Positions 14,470-28,200 of a stretch of DNA of 64,000 bases are shown here, one piece after another. The notes beneath the pieces were generated by a model that saw only the letters and a list, made by a program, of their open reading frames with translations, searched no databases and was not told the origin of the DNA. The translations under genes and the position numbers were made by a program. The stretch is from Azolla caroliniana. Lineage: Eukaryota > Plantae > Polypodiophyta. Where the stretch lies: contig JBHGNT010000004.1 in the NCBI GenBank assembly GCA_043228905.1, positions 16,492,001 through 16,556,000 on the forward strand, given 5' to 3'. Each line of letters begins with the position of its first letter. The first letter of the stretch is position 1.

Positions 14470-14982
14470 AGTGATGCATCATGAAGCAAGTGTGTTTCAT
14501 CTCATCTACCAAACCATTTGTCCATATCTTGCATCCAACCAGAACACAAAATTTTGCTTTTATGTGTCTTTTGGATCTTTTTGCTAGCTTTTCATCCGAG
14601 TGCTGCATCATGAAGCAAGTGTGTTTCATCCCATCTACCAAACCATTTTTCCATATCTTGCATCCAACTAGAACACAAAATTTTGCTTTTATGTGTCTTT
14701 TGGATCTTTTTGCTAGTTTTTCATCCGAGTGATGCATCATGAAGCAAGTGTGTTTCATCCCATCTACCAAACCATTTTTCCATATCTTGCATCCAACCAG
14801 AACACAAAATTTTGCTTTTATGTGTCTTTTGGATCTTTTTGCTAGCTTTTCATCCAAGTGATGCATCATGAAGCAAGTGTGCTTCATCCCATCTACCAAA
14901 CCATTTTTCCATATCTTGCATCCAACTAGAACACAAAATTTTGCTTTTATGTGTCTTTTGGATCTTTTTGCTAGCTTTTCAT
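14470..14982. repeat. 129-bp tandem repeat, about 4 near-identical copies
   Basis: TGATGCATCATGAAGCAAG... starts at 14472, 14601, 14730 and 14859. Confidence 0.95.
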
Positions 14983-15392
14983 GCGATTCTATAAAGTCGA
15001 TGTGTGGAACTTTTTTGAATGTTAAGCATGACATATTCAACAACCCTTTCCATGGTCATGATCTCAATGGTAAGTGATCCTGTCTCAAGGAGGAGGGTGT
15101 ATGGCGTTTGTTTCTTAACTTGTAGAAACTTTGTAAGACAATGTTTTTGGACATTTTCAAGCTCTTTTCAAGTAGATTTAGAGATGCTAGCACCCCATAT
15201 GCTTCCATCCCATAGAGAAGCACCGGTATCACCAATGTGTCGAAAAAGTAATTCTTGAGGACCCAACACTTAATATCTTCATGATTGCATGTGTTCTCAA
15301 ATGCATAATATGTTATCACATCCATTCCATCTATGATTTTGAAAGAACTTCAAGGCCAAGACATTTGAAGCTTTCCACACATTCAAGTGGCT
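14470..15392 (-). mobile_element. 5'-truncated LINE remnant (RT C-terminal region; RTE/L2-like)
   Basis: Minus strand encodes PLECVESFKCLGLEV and FFDTLVIPVLLYGMEAYG, matching the YLG and LF..LV.P.LLYG.E.WG motifs of non-LTR RTs; a (GA)n run at 15397-15416 abuts it. The 3' end is not resolved. Confidence 0.7.
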
Positions 15393-16659
15393 CACTGAGA
15401 GAGAGAGAGAGAGAGACTCAATTCATAAGGTTGTGTGATGGAGATCAACAAGTCATTGTTCTACCCTACCTTCCATAATGACATTAGTGAGATTTGAAGG
15501 TAGGTTCATAGGTTGATGGCTAACGTGACTTACTACCACTATACAAACTTAATGCATAGATAAAGGGAAATAAATAGAACCTAATTTCCAATACAAACGT
15601 AATACATCGAGAAAGTAAAAAACATGGAACCTAATTTTAAGATGATTGTTTATATTAATGACAGGATATCTTCTTCTTTTTTTAATAAAATAAAATAAAA
15701 TTTAAGATCATTAATAAAGACCAAATGTTGCATGGTCAACCACTATTTCATAATGTTATGAGATAGGTAGTTTAGTTGGTATGGTTGGTTCAACCCTTAT
15801 ATCAAAGAACCTTTTGTGTGGATGGGTTGGTCAATTTTAAGCACGATATGCTTTTTCTATCTCTTTACTTTCAATTTAATCTACATTCTTTCTTGTTACA
15901 TTGAAATTAAGTGTGAAGTAAAAAATGTTGTTTCCTTAGTGATGAAAACTGGTGAGGACAGTATAGGGGTCATTGTGGGAGTGATTCCAACACCAATTGA
16001 CCTAGGAACTATCAAAAACCAATATTTCTTCTTTAGCAACCGCTAAACTTGCAGAGCTTCAATCTCCCTCGTTACAACTCTTCTTTGAGCGAAATAATTG
16101 TTGCTAGATTTTCCTTGTCGAGGGGTATCCAAAGACATCTTGCATGCAAAAAACAAACTCTGCATGCCTCAGGTAGAGTCTTCTCATCCCCCTATGAGCT
16201 ACGCAACTAGTACTTAGATAGACTACCTTCCTCTATTCTTGTCACAATGTCTCACATATACTTAGCTTTTTCTTTTTCTTCTTTATGTATCCCATCTATT
16301 ATCAATTTTTGTCCTTTAATATAATCATATCGATTATCATACCTCAGCACCAATTATCCCTCTTCAATGTTGATACCCCTATGCTTCTTGTCATACCATT
16401 GCTTCCTCTTCATAGTGTGATCCATTTAATCCCGGGGGCTTCATTATCAAAACTTGTATGATAGCACGTGAGTTCATCAAAAGGGGTTTAAATTAATCAG
16501 CGAGATACATAATATATATATAAGCATATTAATAAAGATTTGAAAATATATTTACATAAGGGTATTATCAATTATGTTGGGAAAAACAATTACATAAGCC
16601 CATGAAATATTAGATATTTCAATCAGATAGTAAAGAATATATTATGCAAATCAGTTTTT

Positions 16660-17700
16660 TGTGGGTGTTTGAATCTTTGGCACTCATCACATCAACGTAC
16701 ATACTCATGCATATCTTTGAACAATGTGGGCCACCAAAGACCGGATAGTAAAATTTTACGAGATGTAGTCCCATGCTTGAAGTGGCCACCCCCACCTCCA
16801 CAATGGGCTTGTTCAATGACGGTGATGATGTCGTGGTCAACAGTGCACTATCGAAGTACATAATCGTTATCTCTACAAGTTGCCTCTTATCATAGTGAAA
16901 GGGCCACATTTCCTTAAGAGCACACGTGCTTGCATGCGGCTCAACTACTTTAGAATTAATGTGCCTTTTGTTAGGACTCAGATGATGTCTAACAAAAACC
17001 TTGGTACGGTGTCAATTTTGAACAAAACAACATCAAGTATTTCGCCATCAACCTCGTAGCTTCTTCCCCATTCGTTATTCATGAGAAATGGTCCGCGAGG
17101 ACATGATCTTTACCCCTCCGTACCACCACCTTGAAATCAAACTCGAGGAGAGTCACAATCCCTCATGATATGCATCTCATGCTGTGAGTTTTGTTCACTA
17201 AGTAGAGAAGGGTCTGGTGATCCATGTAGAAGGAGAAGCGAGATGCTAGCAAATAATGTCGTAATTTCTTCACGCAGTAGACCATCCCTAGAGATTCACA
17301 TTTCGTCGTTGAGTAGTTTTGTTCGGCAGAATTCAATTGATGGATAGCGAAAGTGGTCGATAAATCAAGAGCCCCATCAGCAGGTTGAGCAAGTGTCGCA
17401 TGTATCGCGAAAGCGGAAGCATCGGTGTGGACATGGAAGTCCTTGTTCCAATCTGGGGATTGAAGGATCAGGGCCTTGGTGGGACATTCCTTCAACTGTT
17501 CGGATGATCAGGTGTAGTCGTCGGTCCACGTGTACCACTTTAGTAAGGCATAGAGGGGCCATGCCTTCTTAGCGAACATTTTGATAAATCGGCGATAGTA
17601 TCCCACATGCCCCATGAATCCATGTAGTTGTTTTTCATTGGTTGGTGGCGGCATCTCGAGAATTAGTTTCACTTTGGCCTCACCTATAGAGGTTCCATCT
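16660..17700 (-). pseudogene. Old Ty3/gypsy pol fragment (RT thumb, RNase H, integrase zinc domain)
   Basis: FMGHVGYYRRFI, DWNKDFHVHTDASAFAI, AEQNYSTT, AHCGGGGGHF...WWPTLFKD...CDECQR; no LTRs found. Confidence 0.85.
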
Positions 17701-17964
17701 CATGACACTTCGTGGTCGAGGATGAGACCATGCTCGACCCAGAATTGACGCTTGAGAGGGTTGAGGGAGACAACAGCTTCCACCACCCATTTTAACGACA
17801 TCCCCGTATACATACAAACACAAATATAAAAAATTCAATACGTCTCGATTAAAAACATATATTATTGAAAACTTGATCATTAGTGCTTATAAATATATGA
17901 AAATTTTATCATTAGTGCTAGTGTGAATTCATTGTAAATCATCTTCATAATCTTAATTTGGGAT

Positions 17965-20900
17965 TGTCAAAGTTAATATGCGGAAGCTTTCACAAACCGG
18001 TTCACCCGGATAACAACAGAAAGAGTGCAGGTTTAATGGAAGCTTCACAAAACACAGTCAAAGAGTGGGAGTGAGAGAGAGAGAGAGAGAGAGAGCAAAA
18101 CAACATGAACTCAATTCAAAATAATAACACTTTGTATATACAAATGTTCTACAAAACACTTTTTATACAATACCTTAAAAGAACTGATAGAAGTACTAAC
18201 AAGTACTTCAATGCTCATACGAGCGATTGACACTAACTCCAAGGAATATGCCTACGTACTAGGCTAAGATTGTAGGCCTCTAACGGACTACCTGTTACAA
18301 TTCGATCCATCTCTCTAATCCATCTCTTGGTTCCGGGCACTGATCCTAGTTCAGCTTTTCTGCTCAATACTCCCTCTCAAGCTCAACTTGAGGTTGGATC
18401 GTTGTGTTAGTGTCTATTGAACCTTGCAATCAGCTTCTTCTGGTGTCTTCTTGCCTTGCTCGCGCTCCTCGACCCATCTAGTTTCGCTTTTGTTACCGTA
18501 CAAGATGTACGGGTGATTGATAAATGTGATAAGTGAGGGTGAAAGATGTAATGTGTTGATATGTATGTGTGATTTTATACGATTATGAGTGTGAATGTAA
18601 GTGTGAGTGTGGTAGATACAAAGAGGTGTGAGTGAGTAACTAGGTGTGAATGCCAAGGGGGCTTGCACCCTTGTGGATCTACCCCTTTGTACCTATTTAA
18701 CCCCTTATGGGGAATGAATGAAACATGAATGATCATTTTTCTCTTAATCTCTCTCTCTCTCTCTCTTGTCATCTCTCTCTCCCTCTCTCTCTCTTCCCTC
18801 TCCTTAACGTTGAATCCCCTTGGGAGGGGGGTGGAGCCATTCTAGGCACCACCCCCCACCCCGCAATGCTTCTCAATGCACATGATCTCTCTCGCCATCA
18901 ATCCCATACTCTCCATCATCATCATAACCACCATGTCTATCTTTATCATGATTATCATCGTCCTTAACCCTGACACCCTAAAACCAATAACACCTTTTGG
19001 CGACCACTAAGGCGACCCCGCTTTGGAGATGGAGTCAAAGAATGATACGTGGATGTGCAAGCCATAGCGACTAAGTGCAAGAAATGGCAAAACGTGAAAA
19101 TGACGGTGAAGATGTTGGAAGAAGTCTATGGAGGAATCGATGAATGGCAACAATGGTTGTGTGAGGTTGTGATTACTGTCCATGTGCGTGTTTCCGAAAG
19201 TAGTTAGCAACAATGTGTGTGTTCTCAAAAGCGTGGTGCAAGATGCACGGTTGGACAAACAACAACGCAGAGGGAACCGGTGCCAGCACGACTGGAAAGA
19301 GAAGCCCACCAGGAGACTGCGGAGAAAGTCACAGTGTGTGGAGCGGAGACCGGCAAGATGTGCTGAGAATGCACAGGCAATGGTTCCAAAAGAAACAACG
19401 CAGAGAGAATCGGAACCGGAATTGGAACAAGAACCAGAGTTGGTTAACACCGAAGGACCATAGAAGACAAAAAAGAGATGCAAATGCAAACCAGACATTG
19501 ACGACCAAAGAAACCAACAACACCAGACGGACGACGGCCAGAATAGCAACGATGATCAGAAGGTTGCAAAGGCGGCCGAAAAGACACAGCCGAACCGCAG
19601 CCAGAACGGAGATGAAGATGGCCAAATTGGCCGGCCAGATACACACTAGACAAAGGCGGACAACGGACGGGCTGGACAACAAAGGGACGACCAAACATGC
19701 CAAAGGGACACACGACATAGCCAGAAACGGAGAAGTCAGATGAGACGACGTGATGTAGAAAACCACAGACGAGGGCCAGAGAAAAACACATAAACACGAT
19801 GTAATGGTCCGGATAGAAGAAACGGAAAAAAAAAACGGAATGAACCGGACGGATACAACCAGTAACACATGGCACGCCGAGTGGGACAGAATACAGATGA
19901 CAGAGATGGAGAGAAAGGCGGTCGGGACAGTTGCCAAACAAGCCAGATAGAGCGCTGGAGAGATGGTCGTAAGGGCCAGATTGACGGATGGCGATGGAGC
20001 AACGACCGAAGTTGCAATAGCCAGACAACAAACAATCAGTGGCCAAGAATAACTAGCAACCGGATCCAACCAGATTGCGACGGCAGAACAGGTGTGGCTG
20101 TAAGAATGGCCGAAAATCCTAAAGCAACGGCGAAGGCCGAACAACCAATGGCCATACAGGACCAAACGAAGAGAAAAACGACGCCGTACAGGGAAACGAT
20201 GAAGCAAAGAGGAAAGAGAAGCAGCGGTAGCATAAGAGAGAAAATCAAAGACGAGAAAGAGACAAGGACAAAGGCGAAGGTCGAGATAAACAAGCACTAG
20301 TAGAGAAGGATTAGGAAGAGGAGATGAAGATAAGAAGGAAGAAGAAACAGAAAACGGAGATGAAGCAAAGAAAGAGAGAAGGGAAGAAGAAATAGAAAAC
20401 ACAGAGAAATTGAAGAAGAAGAAAACAAGAAGAAGAAGGAAGGAATCGGAGGAGACAGACAGATAGAAAGGAGGGAAACGACAGAAGCAAGAGAAAAAGA
20501 AGGAAACAAGAAAAGAAAAAAGAGGGAAAAAGAGAAAGATAAGGGGCATTCGAGGAGTTTTGAAAACCTAAGGGCATCCGAAGAATTTCGAAAAACATGA
20601 TGGCATTGTCAAAATTTTAAAAAATCAAAGGGCACCTACGAAATGTCGAAAACTCATGAACCTAAAAGAAATGGACGCGATTGACACACAACTCACAAAA
20701 TCAACAAAAGGAACACACATACATACAACGTTTTTTTTTACGACCCAAATGATGTTACCGAAGTTCGTGAACCGATAAAGATTCGCTGACCGACGGAGAT
20801 GTTCGAGTCAAGCGCTCCGATCGAGGGAGTCGATCGTTGATTTTACCAAAGTTCGTAAGTCGACAAAACGAGAATGTTCGTGTCGTAGAAGAGTCGCTGA

Positions 20901-23365
20901 CCGACGGAGATGTTCGAGTCAAGCGCTCTGATCGAGGGAGTCAATCGTTGAGAGGACCGATGGAAATTCCGGTCGAAGAAAAATTATGATCAAGGCATGT
21001 GGGATCGACATGCAAGGCACTCTCCCACGGGCGTGCCATATTGTGTTACCGTACGAGATGTACGGGTGATTGATAAATGTGATAAGTGAGGGTGAAAGAT
21101 GTAATGTGTTGATATGTATGTGTGATTTTATACGATTATGAGTGTGAATGTAAGTGTGAGTGTGGTAGATACAAAGAGGTGTGAGTGAGTGACTAGGTGT
21201 GAATGCCAAGGGGGCTTGCACCCTTGTGGATCTACCCCTTTGTACCTATTTAACCCCTTATGGGGAATGAATGAAACATGAATGATCATTTTTCTTTTAA
21301 TCTCTCTCTCTCTCTCTTGTCATCTCTCTCTCCCTCTCTCTCTCTCTTCCCTCTCCTTAACGTTGAATCCCCTTGGGGATGGAGCCATTCTAGGCACCCC
21401 CCCCACCCCGCAATGCTTCTCAATGCACATGATCTCTCTCGCCACCAATCCCATACTCTCCATCATCATCATAACCACCATGTCTATCTTTATCATGATT
21501 ATCATCGTCCTTAACCCTGACACCCTAAAACCAATAACACCTTTCCATGGCTCGTCCGGTCCCGTGCACCTCGACCTTCTCAATCAGCTTGTCTACTCAT
21601 AAGGCCCATCTTAACTCCTTTTCGACCCGTCGGTTCCCCCGTGTAAGTGTCGACTTCCGCTACCTCCTCGTCTGTTTGGTCTTTAGTTGATTCGGCTCCT
21701 TCGAATCGAACGTCACTTCTGAATCAGGTACCTCTGATTCGTTCCAACACTTGTCTAAATTGGTTATCTTCAATTCGTCTTCAACCTTCAGGCCCTTCAT
21801 CATGTCGGACCACATCCGGGTCTTGGCCTTCTTCCTCTAGTCGGCTCTGTCCTTCTTGACTCTACCACCGTCGCCGCTTGTTTTGACTTATCGGATGAGC
21901 CAACTTCTTCAGTTGACTCGGCTTCCTTTTCCTTCTTGTCTCCCCCTGCCTAAGTTGTTTCCTTCTCTTCGGCTTTTTGTCCGGTGCCTTTGCCTGTTTT
22001 CCTGGTTTCGGTTTCGGTTTCCTCTTTTCTCCCCCTCAAGTGCGGCATGTCGAGATGTTGAAGACCAAGCACCTCTGAAAAATGTTGCACCTTATCAGTT
22101 CTCTAAGGGCCTTGGTGAAGATGTCGACAACCTGCCGATCCGTCTGGATAAACCGAAGTTCGACTTCACCGATGAGGACCCGCTCGCGCACAAAGTGGTA
22201 ATGCACTTCTATATGGTTCGTTCGAGCATGGAACATAGGGTCCTTGGCTAGATGCATGTTGCCCATGTTGTCGCAATAGATCGGGATCGGAGTCAGGACT
22301 TCGATCTGAAGGTCTTGTAGTAGTCGTCAAAGCCATATTACTTCACAGGTGGCAACGGTAGCCCTCTAATACTCAGCCTCAGTGCTCGATAGAGCCACAA
22401 TCGGTTGCTTTTTGCTGCTCCACGCAAAAGTCACGCTACCTAGAGAGAACATGTAACCAGAAGTGGACCAACGATCCGACGCATCACCGGCCCAGTCGGC
22501 ACCCATATATCCGACTAGCTTTTCGGTTATACCGTGTCGGTATAATAGTCCCTGGTCCTTAGTGTCGCTAACATACCTTAGTATTCGTTGTGCGCACTGA
22601 AGGTGCTCCACGGCCGGTTTCGGCATAAACTGACTTATCACCCTGACCGGATAGTTGATGTCGGGTCAGGTGATACTAAGGTAAATTAGGCTTCTGACAA
22701 TTTTTCGAAACCATGTCTCGTCGCAAGCCAGTCCGAAGTCGGGACGAAGCTTCAAGTTTCAGTCTCGTCGTAATCGATTCTATGGGTCTACACATATCCT
22801 TTGGCCACTAACCGGGCCTTATACCGGGTAACCGAACCATTGGCATTGTATTTCACCTTCAACACCCATTTGCAGCTGATCAGTTTGCAGTATCGCATAG
22901 GGTCAACCAGGTCCCATGTGTCGTTGGCATCGAGTGCCTACATCTCTTCCTTCATTGTGGCATGCCAATTCCCGTCTTTTGTCACCTCTATGTAGCTCTC
23001 CGGCTCACGCACTTTCACCACCTTTTTCATGTAAGCATAATGATGCGCCATGTACTCATTATACCCATACCATTTGACAGGGTTCTTCTGGCGGGTTGAT
23101 TGGCGTAACTTCTCATTAGCCGATTTCAAGGCCCTCTTGGCCGGCTCAGACTTCGTCTTCGAAGTTCCATCTTCGTTCTCTCCGGAGTCGTATTCATGCT
23201 GATCCAACTCATCTTTGTCGGTGTCGTATTTCGACACCTTCTACTTCCCTTTTTCCTTGCGCGTGAACCGTCTCCTCAGTTCCATGCGCGGGGAAAGCAC
23301 GGCTGAGTCTCCACTACTGTCCAGCTCGTCATCTGACTGGTCGTTCCGACTCAGTCGCTCATTCG
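17965..23365 (-). mobile_element. Ty1/copia host element, 3' part (3' LTR 17965-18369, PPT, RNase H, partly deleted RT); probably continues at 57744-58450
   Basis: LTR shares GCGGAAGC and AGGTTTAATGG with the 25214 LTR; PPT complement CTCCCTCTCAAG at 18370; ADWAG...SSTEAEY at 22366-22641; RT internally deleted near 22765. Confidence 0.85.
18491..21539 (+). mobile_element. Non-autonomous LTR element (LARD/TRIM-like, no gag-pol)
   Basis: Near-identical LTRs 18491-18992 and 21044-21539 (TGTTA...TAACA); PBS TGGCGACCAC (tRNA-Arg) at 18998; imperfect TSD GCTTT/CCTTT; purine-rich interior with short tandem repeats. Confidence 0.9.
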
Positions 23366-24056
23366 TGTTATCTCTTCTTCGGAGATACACCTTTGATTAC
23401 TTCCTAGGTAATTAGGCCAAGGAATCGTGGTTATGTAGGAAGGAAAAATAGGGCCGAACATGGCAATCGACTATGAAAATGGCCGGCCACAATTGGTCTT
23501 ACGACTTATACTCATAACTTGGACAAAAAAACCCAATAGTAAAGATGAATTTTTAACGACACGAAAGATGGACCCACAATTGTGTATTATAAGATTACTG
23601 CGTAAATGACTACACGGCTCACAGCCAAAATTTCTATTCACTCCGTCTAACAAGAAAAAAAAAACAAGAAACATACATATAAAATTCTCTCTGCTCAGTA
23701 TAATAGGAGTATTTCCCTCTCCCTTTTGGTATACATACACCTCTCTTTTGCCCCCCTCCCCTTTCTGCTACTATTGCTCGCTTTTTATAATTTTCATTTC
23801 CTCTCAGCGTGCTCTCTCGTTTTCGGCCTCCATTCACAGTTGCACGTATTTCGTTTATCTACCCCTTCATGCTCAGTCTTTTCACCTACTTTACCTACTC
23901 ATTTCTTTACATTCGTTTCACACTTCATGCCCTTTGTCCCACAGATAGCACCCGGCACGCCCATGGGACAGTGCCTTCGCACGTCGAACCCAAATCCGAA
24001 ACTTGCAAAAGGTCAAAATTGAAAAAATAAGGAGCCGAAACATTACTGTGGTACAT

Positions 24057-25213
24057 TCAATCTTCTTCCAAAATTATGAGGATGTCCTCTGGGTGTTGTG
24101 ATGACCCGGTTTGGAGATTGGTTGTCTCTTCGTCCGTTGGCTTGGTACTCACAAGGGCAGGTGGTTGTGTCGGGGTTTGGGAGGGGTCTTCAGTTGGACA
24201 CACATCGGCGTGTAATTTGGTTGATATGTCAAGCTGTTGATCTTGAGTGTTCGTCGTAGATGTTGGGGTTGGTTCCTCCTGTTGGAGTTTTGTGGTATGT
24301 TCAACCCCTTGTTCTATGTCTACTCTCAATCGTATTTCTTGTTCTTCTTTCTGCTTCCTGTTTAGCTTGGATGCGCTCACGTTCATAGGCTTCCGATTCC
24401 AATCTTAACAACATCTTATCTCCGTTGAATTCCTCGAGGAAGTGTTTGATTACCATGGTGTGCATTTGTGTCAAGGCGTGGAATTCCTCAGTGAGGTCTT
24501 TGCAGAGGATCTGGAAGTTGTTCTCATCCATCTTGTAGAAATCGTGGCCCTCTTTTCTCTGATTTTTGGCGTCTGCTCGGAAGACCTATAATTCGGCTGC
24601 TTGACCCGACCATTCATTCCAGCCTCGAGCGAATGTCGCTTTGACTTTCCAATTCAATGTAAGCTGGTGTTTTTCCACTATTGCCTTGATTCGCATTTCG
24701 CCCATGTCGTATTTGACACGGAGGGTGTCCAGTTCCTCCTTGGCCTTTGTGGTGTCCAGCTGGAATTTGACTTTGAGGATCTTGCACGACGTGGTAACGT
24801 TGGAGAGCTTTTCCTCTATCGCCTTCGTATGTTGGTCGTAGCACCGGAGGAGACGGTCCGAATTGTCGACTAACTCCTGCATATAACAGTTCTACTATCT
24901 TTCGAGTTCTAGGTTTTCGGAGATGTGCAACTGGTGAAGGGACTTTGCCAATGCAGCTTGTTACTTCTCGGTTTCATCTAACATGTGAATGTGCCAACTT
25001 GAGCGGACCTGGAGTTCCGAGAGTTTGCTCTTCAAGGAGTCAATTTCTTCAAATTTTTGGCGAGATGACTTTTGATATTCTTCCTCCGCTTCCGCTAACT
25101 TTGATGATGCAAGGTTTTGTGCAGCCTTAAGAGTCACGACGGTGTTCTTTTCTGTGTCCTGGAGCTGGCCCGTCTGTGCCTCTAGCAGTTGTTAGAGTTC
25201 GGCCTCGCGCTTT
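24057..25213 (-). pseudogene. Extra ORF of the gypsy host, C-terminal coiled-coil and low-complexity part
   Basis: ORFs 24586-24882, 24301-24531 and 24057-24386 are E/K/Q/L-rich; reading continues across the copia TSD from 30991. Confidence 0.65.
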
Positions 25214-28200
25214 AGAAAAGAATGGCGTGCGGAAGCAATATAGAAAAACCGAACAACAAAAAACGCAGGTTTAATGGAAAGCTTAGGTTTGCACAGTACG
25301 CACGGGAGAGACAGAGAGAGTGTAAACACAAGAACTTAATTCAAAAAATAATACTCAATCTGTACATAGGATGTGCTCAGTGAGCACTTTTATACAAGCC
25401 CTGACAATCAGGCTGGCACAAGTCCTGACAGTATTTGACTGCTCATAAATGAGCCTCGACTCTTACTCCCAAAACTATTCCTTACGAGGAATATCTTTCT
25501 AACGGCCTTTCGGTTTACGCACCGATACGGCCTTCCTACGTACCGGTTTGCGTACCGGTTTACGCATCCGTTTTACACACCGGTCCGGCCTAACCGATCG
25601 GTCCCAACCGATCCGGTCCTTGGCTTGCTCAGCCGATCCGGCCGATGTTGAGATTGTCTCTCAACACTCCCCCTCAAGCTCAACTTGAGGCTCTTCCGGA
25701 TCTTCCGGATCACCACTCCGGTTCCTCCTGGCTCCACGCCTCGCTCGCGCTCCTCGGCCTTTTCGACTCCGTGCGCTTCGACCCTTCCGGTCAGTACGGC
25801 CCTTCACAGCTCCCTTGTTGTCGCAGTGTTGGCGCTTCTCTTGCTGCCTTCTTTTCCGCTTGGCCCTCGGTTGATTCAGTGTATTCGAATCAAACACTCG
25901 AACCGACTCGGCTACCTCCGATCAGTTTTCGCTCTCGTCCGAGTTGGCTGTCTCCAACTCGTCTTCGGTCTTCTCGCCCTTGACAGCATCATCTCCCCCA
26001 TGCTTGGTTGGCTTTGGCTCTTTCTTCCGACTGCTCCCCTTATATCCGCTTTCGGACTCTTCCGCAGATCCGCCCTCGACTTCTTCAGCCGATCCGAAAT
26101 CGAATTCGTCATTCGACTCGGCGCTACAGTCTTTTCCGCTCCTTTCCTGCTCCCTTCCGTGGTCATCTGGGACATCTCTCCCCCTCAAGTTCGGCACGTC
26201 GAGGTGACGCAACCCAAGCGCACCCGAGAATTGCCGCAACTTGTCCAGACCAAGAGGCTTGGTGAAGATGTCGGCGGTCTGCCGATCCGTCGGAACATAC
26301 TGAAGTTCGACTTCACCAGAAAGGACACGCTCACAGACAAAATGGTAGTGCACCTCAATGTGCTTGGTCCGTGCGTGGAAGACGGGGTTCTTCGCGAGCT
26401 GGATGTTGCTGAGGTTGTCGCAGTAGATCGTCATCGGATCGGACACCTCCACCTGCAAATCCTTAAGTAGCCGCTTCAACCATATGGCTTCGCATGTCGC
26501 GACAGCCGCTCCTCTATACTCGGCTTCGGTGCTCGACAATGCAACTATCGGTTGTTTCTTGATACTCCACGCTATCGCGGCACTCTCAAGAGAGAACGCG
26601 TATCTGGACGTGGATCAGCGATCGGCGGCGTTGCCAACCCAATCAGCATCGGTGTAGCCAACCAACTGCGGGGCTAGACCGGTCCGAAATAGCAGTCCCC
26701 GATCCTTAGTGCCGCTTACGTACCACAATACGCGTTGTGCACACTGAAGGTGCTCCTCGGTAGGTCGCGCCATAAACTGACTGATCACCCCGACCGGATA
26801 ACTGAGATCGGGTTGGGTGATTGTCAAGTAAATAAGGCTTCTGACAATTTGTCAGAACCTCATCGGGTCGCACCTTTCCGGAATTGGGGCGAAGCTTGAC
26901 GGTTCTATCAAGAGGAGTCGAGACAGACTTACAGTCTGCCATCCCGACTTTGAAGAGCATATTAAGCGCGTAATGACGTTGGCTGATCAGTATGCCTTCG
27001 GGGGTGCGGACCACTTCAATCCCGAGGAAGTAATGAAGGTCCCCCAGATCCTTCATGTCGAATGATGCCGCAAGTTGGAGCTTCACGCGGTCGATTTCAC
27101 CTAGGTCGGCGCCGGTGATGACCAAGTCATCAACATATAGTAAAATACTAACCGGCCCGAGTTGACCTTTCCGGATGAACAGGGAAGAGTTTGATTTTGA
27201 CGTTGCAAAGCCCATCCAACGCAGTTGTTGCGTGATCTTCGCGTTCCAGGCACGCGGGGCTTGCTTCAGTCCATAAAGGGACTTCTTCAATCGGCACACC
27301 GCCGAGGTGTTCGTTCCGGAGTGAAATCCGGGGGGTTGTACCATGTACACTTGTTCCTCAAGCTCACCTTGCAGGAACTCATTCTTTACATCCATCTGAT
27401 GTAAGTGCCACCCCTTTGCCGCAGCTACTGCGAGCAAAACACGGACGGTCGTCATCTTCCCCACCGGTGCAAACATCTCATCGTAGTCGATGCCGTGTTT
27501 CTGCGTGTAGCCTTTTGCCACTAACTGGGCCTTGTATCGATTGACCGAGTCGTCGGTGTTGTACTTGACCTTGTACACCCACTTACATCTGATCGGCTTC
27601 ACACCCTTTGGTGCGTCAACCAGGTCCGAGGTCTCATTTTCTGCCAATGCGTGCATCTCTTCCTCCATCGCAGTGTGCCAGTTCGCGTCCTTAGCCGCTT
27701 CTGCGTAGCTCTCCGGCTCACGCACTTCCGCTACACGGGTCATGTACGCATAATGATGCGCCATGTACTCGTTGTATCCGAACCGCACAACTGGGTTCTT
27801 CTGGCGGGTAGATCGGCGTAATCGTTCTTTGGCCGATGTCGAGGTCTTCTCGGCCGATGCGGACTTCGCTCTTGAAGACCCGTCACCGCTTTCCTCGGAG
27901 TCGGACTCGCGTCAGTCTGACTCGTTTCTATCCGTGTTGGAATCCGACACCTTTTTCTTCCCTTTCTCTTTGTGCGTAAGCCGTCTCCTCGGCTTCTTGC
28001 GCGGCGAATGTACTGCCGAGTCTCCAGTACTCGCCGGCTCTTCATCGGACTGGTTGAAACAACTTAGTCGTCCATTCGGTCCACTTAACCGAAACGAAAT
28101 CGGACTCTCTTCACGGATCCTGATTTCAGGCTCATCCGGAGGCATCTCAGTCTCGCTGACCTCATCGTCAGAACCCGGATTGGAGATGAGGTTCGAAGTC

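Noticed and set aside
14468-15043. 191-aa repeat protein
   Set aside because: By-product of a 129-bp tandem duplication in a LINE remnant.
15420-16620. Host gene or promoter in AT-rich DNA
   Set aside because: No credible ORF, exon pattern or element termini recognised.
18491-21539. Retrozyme
   Set aside because: No hammerhead core (CUGANGA...GAAA with stems) seen in the LTRs.
23921-23992. HDV-like ribozyme (GGCAC/GTGCC and TGTCCCA/TGGGACA pairings on the minus strand)
   Set aside because: No P3/L3 or P1.1 core, and the TGGGACA partner is absent in the homolog at 21001-21043.
18486-25213. Shared target sequence GCTTT for two insertions
   Set aside because: Different superfamilies, one TSD is imperfect, and the other TSDs are unrelated; likely chance.
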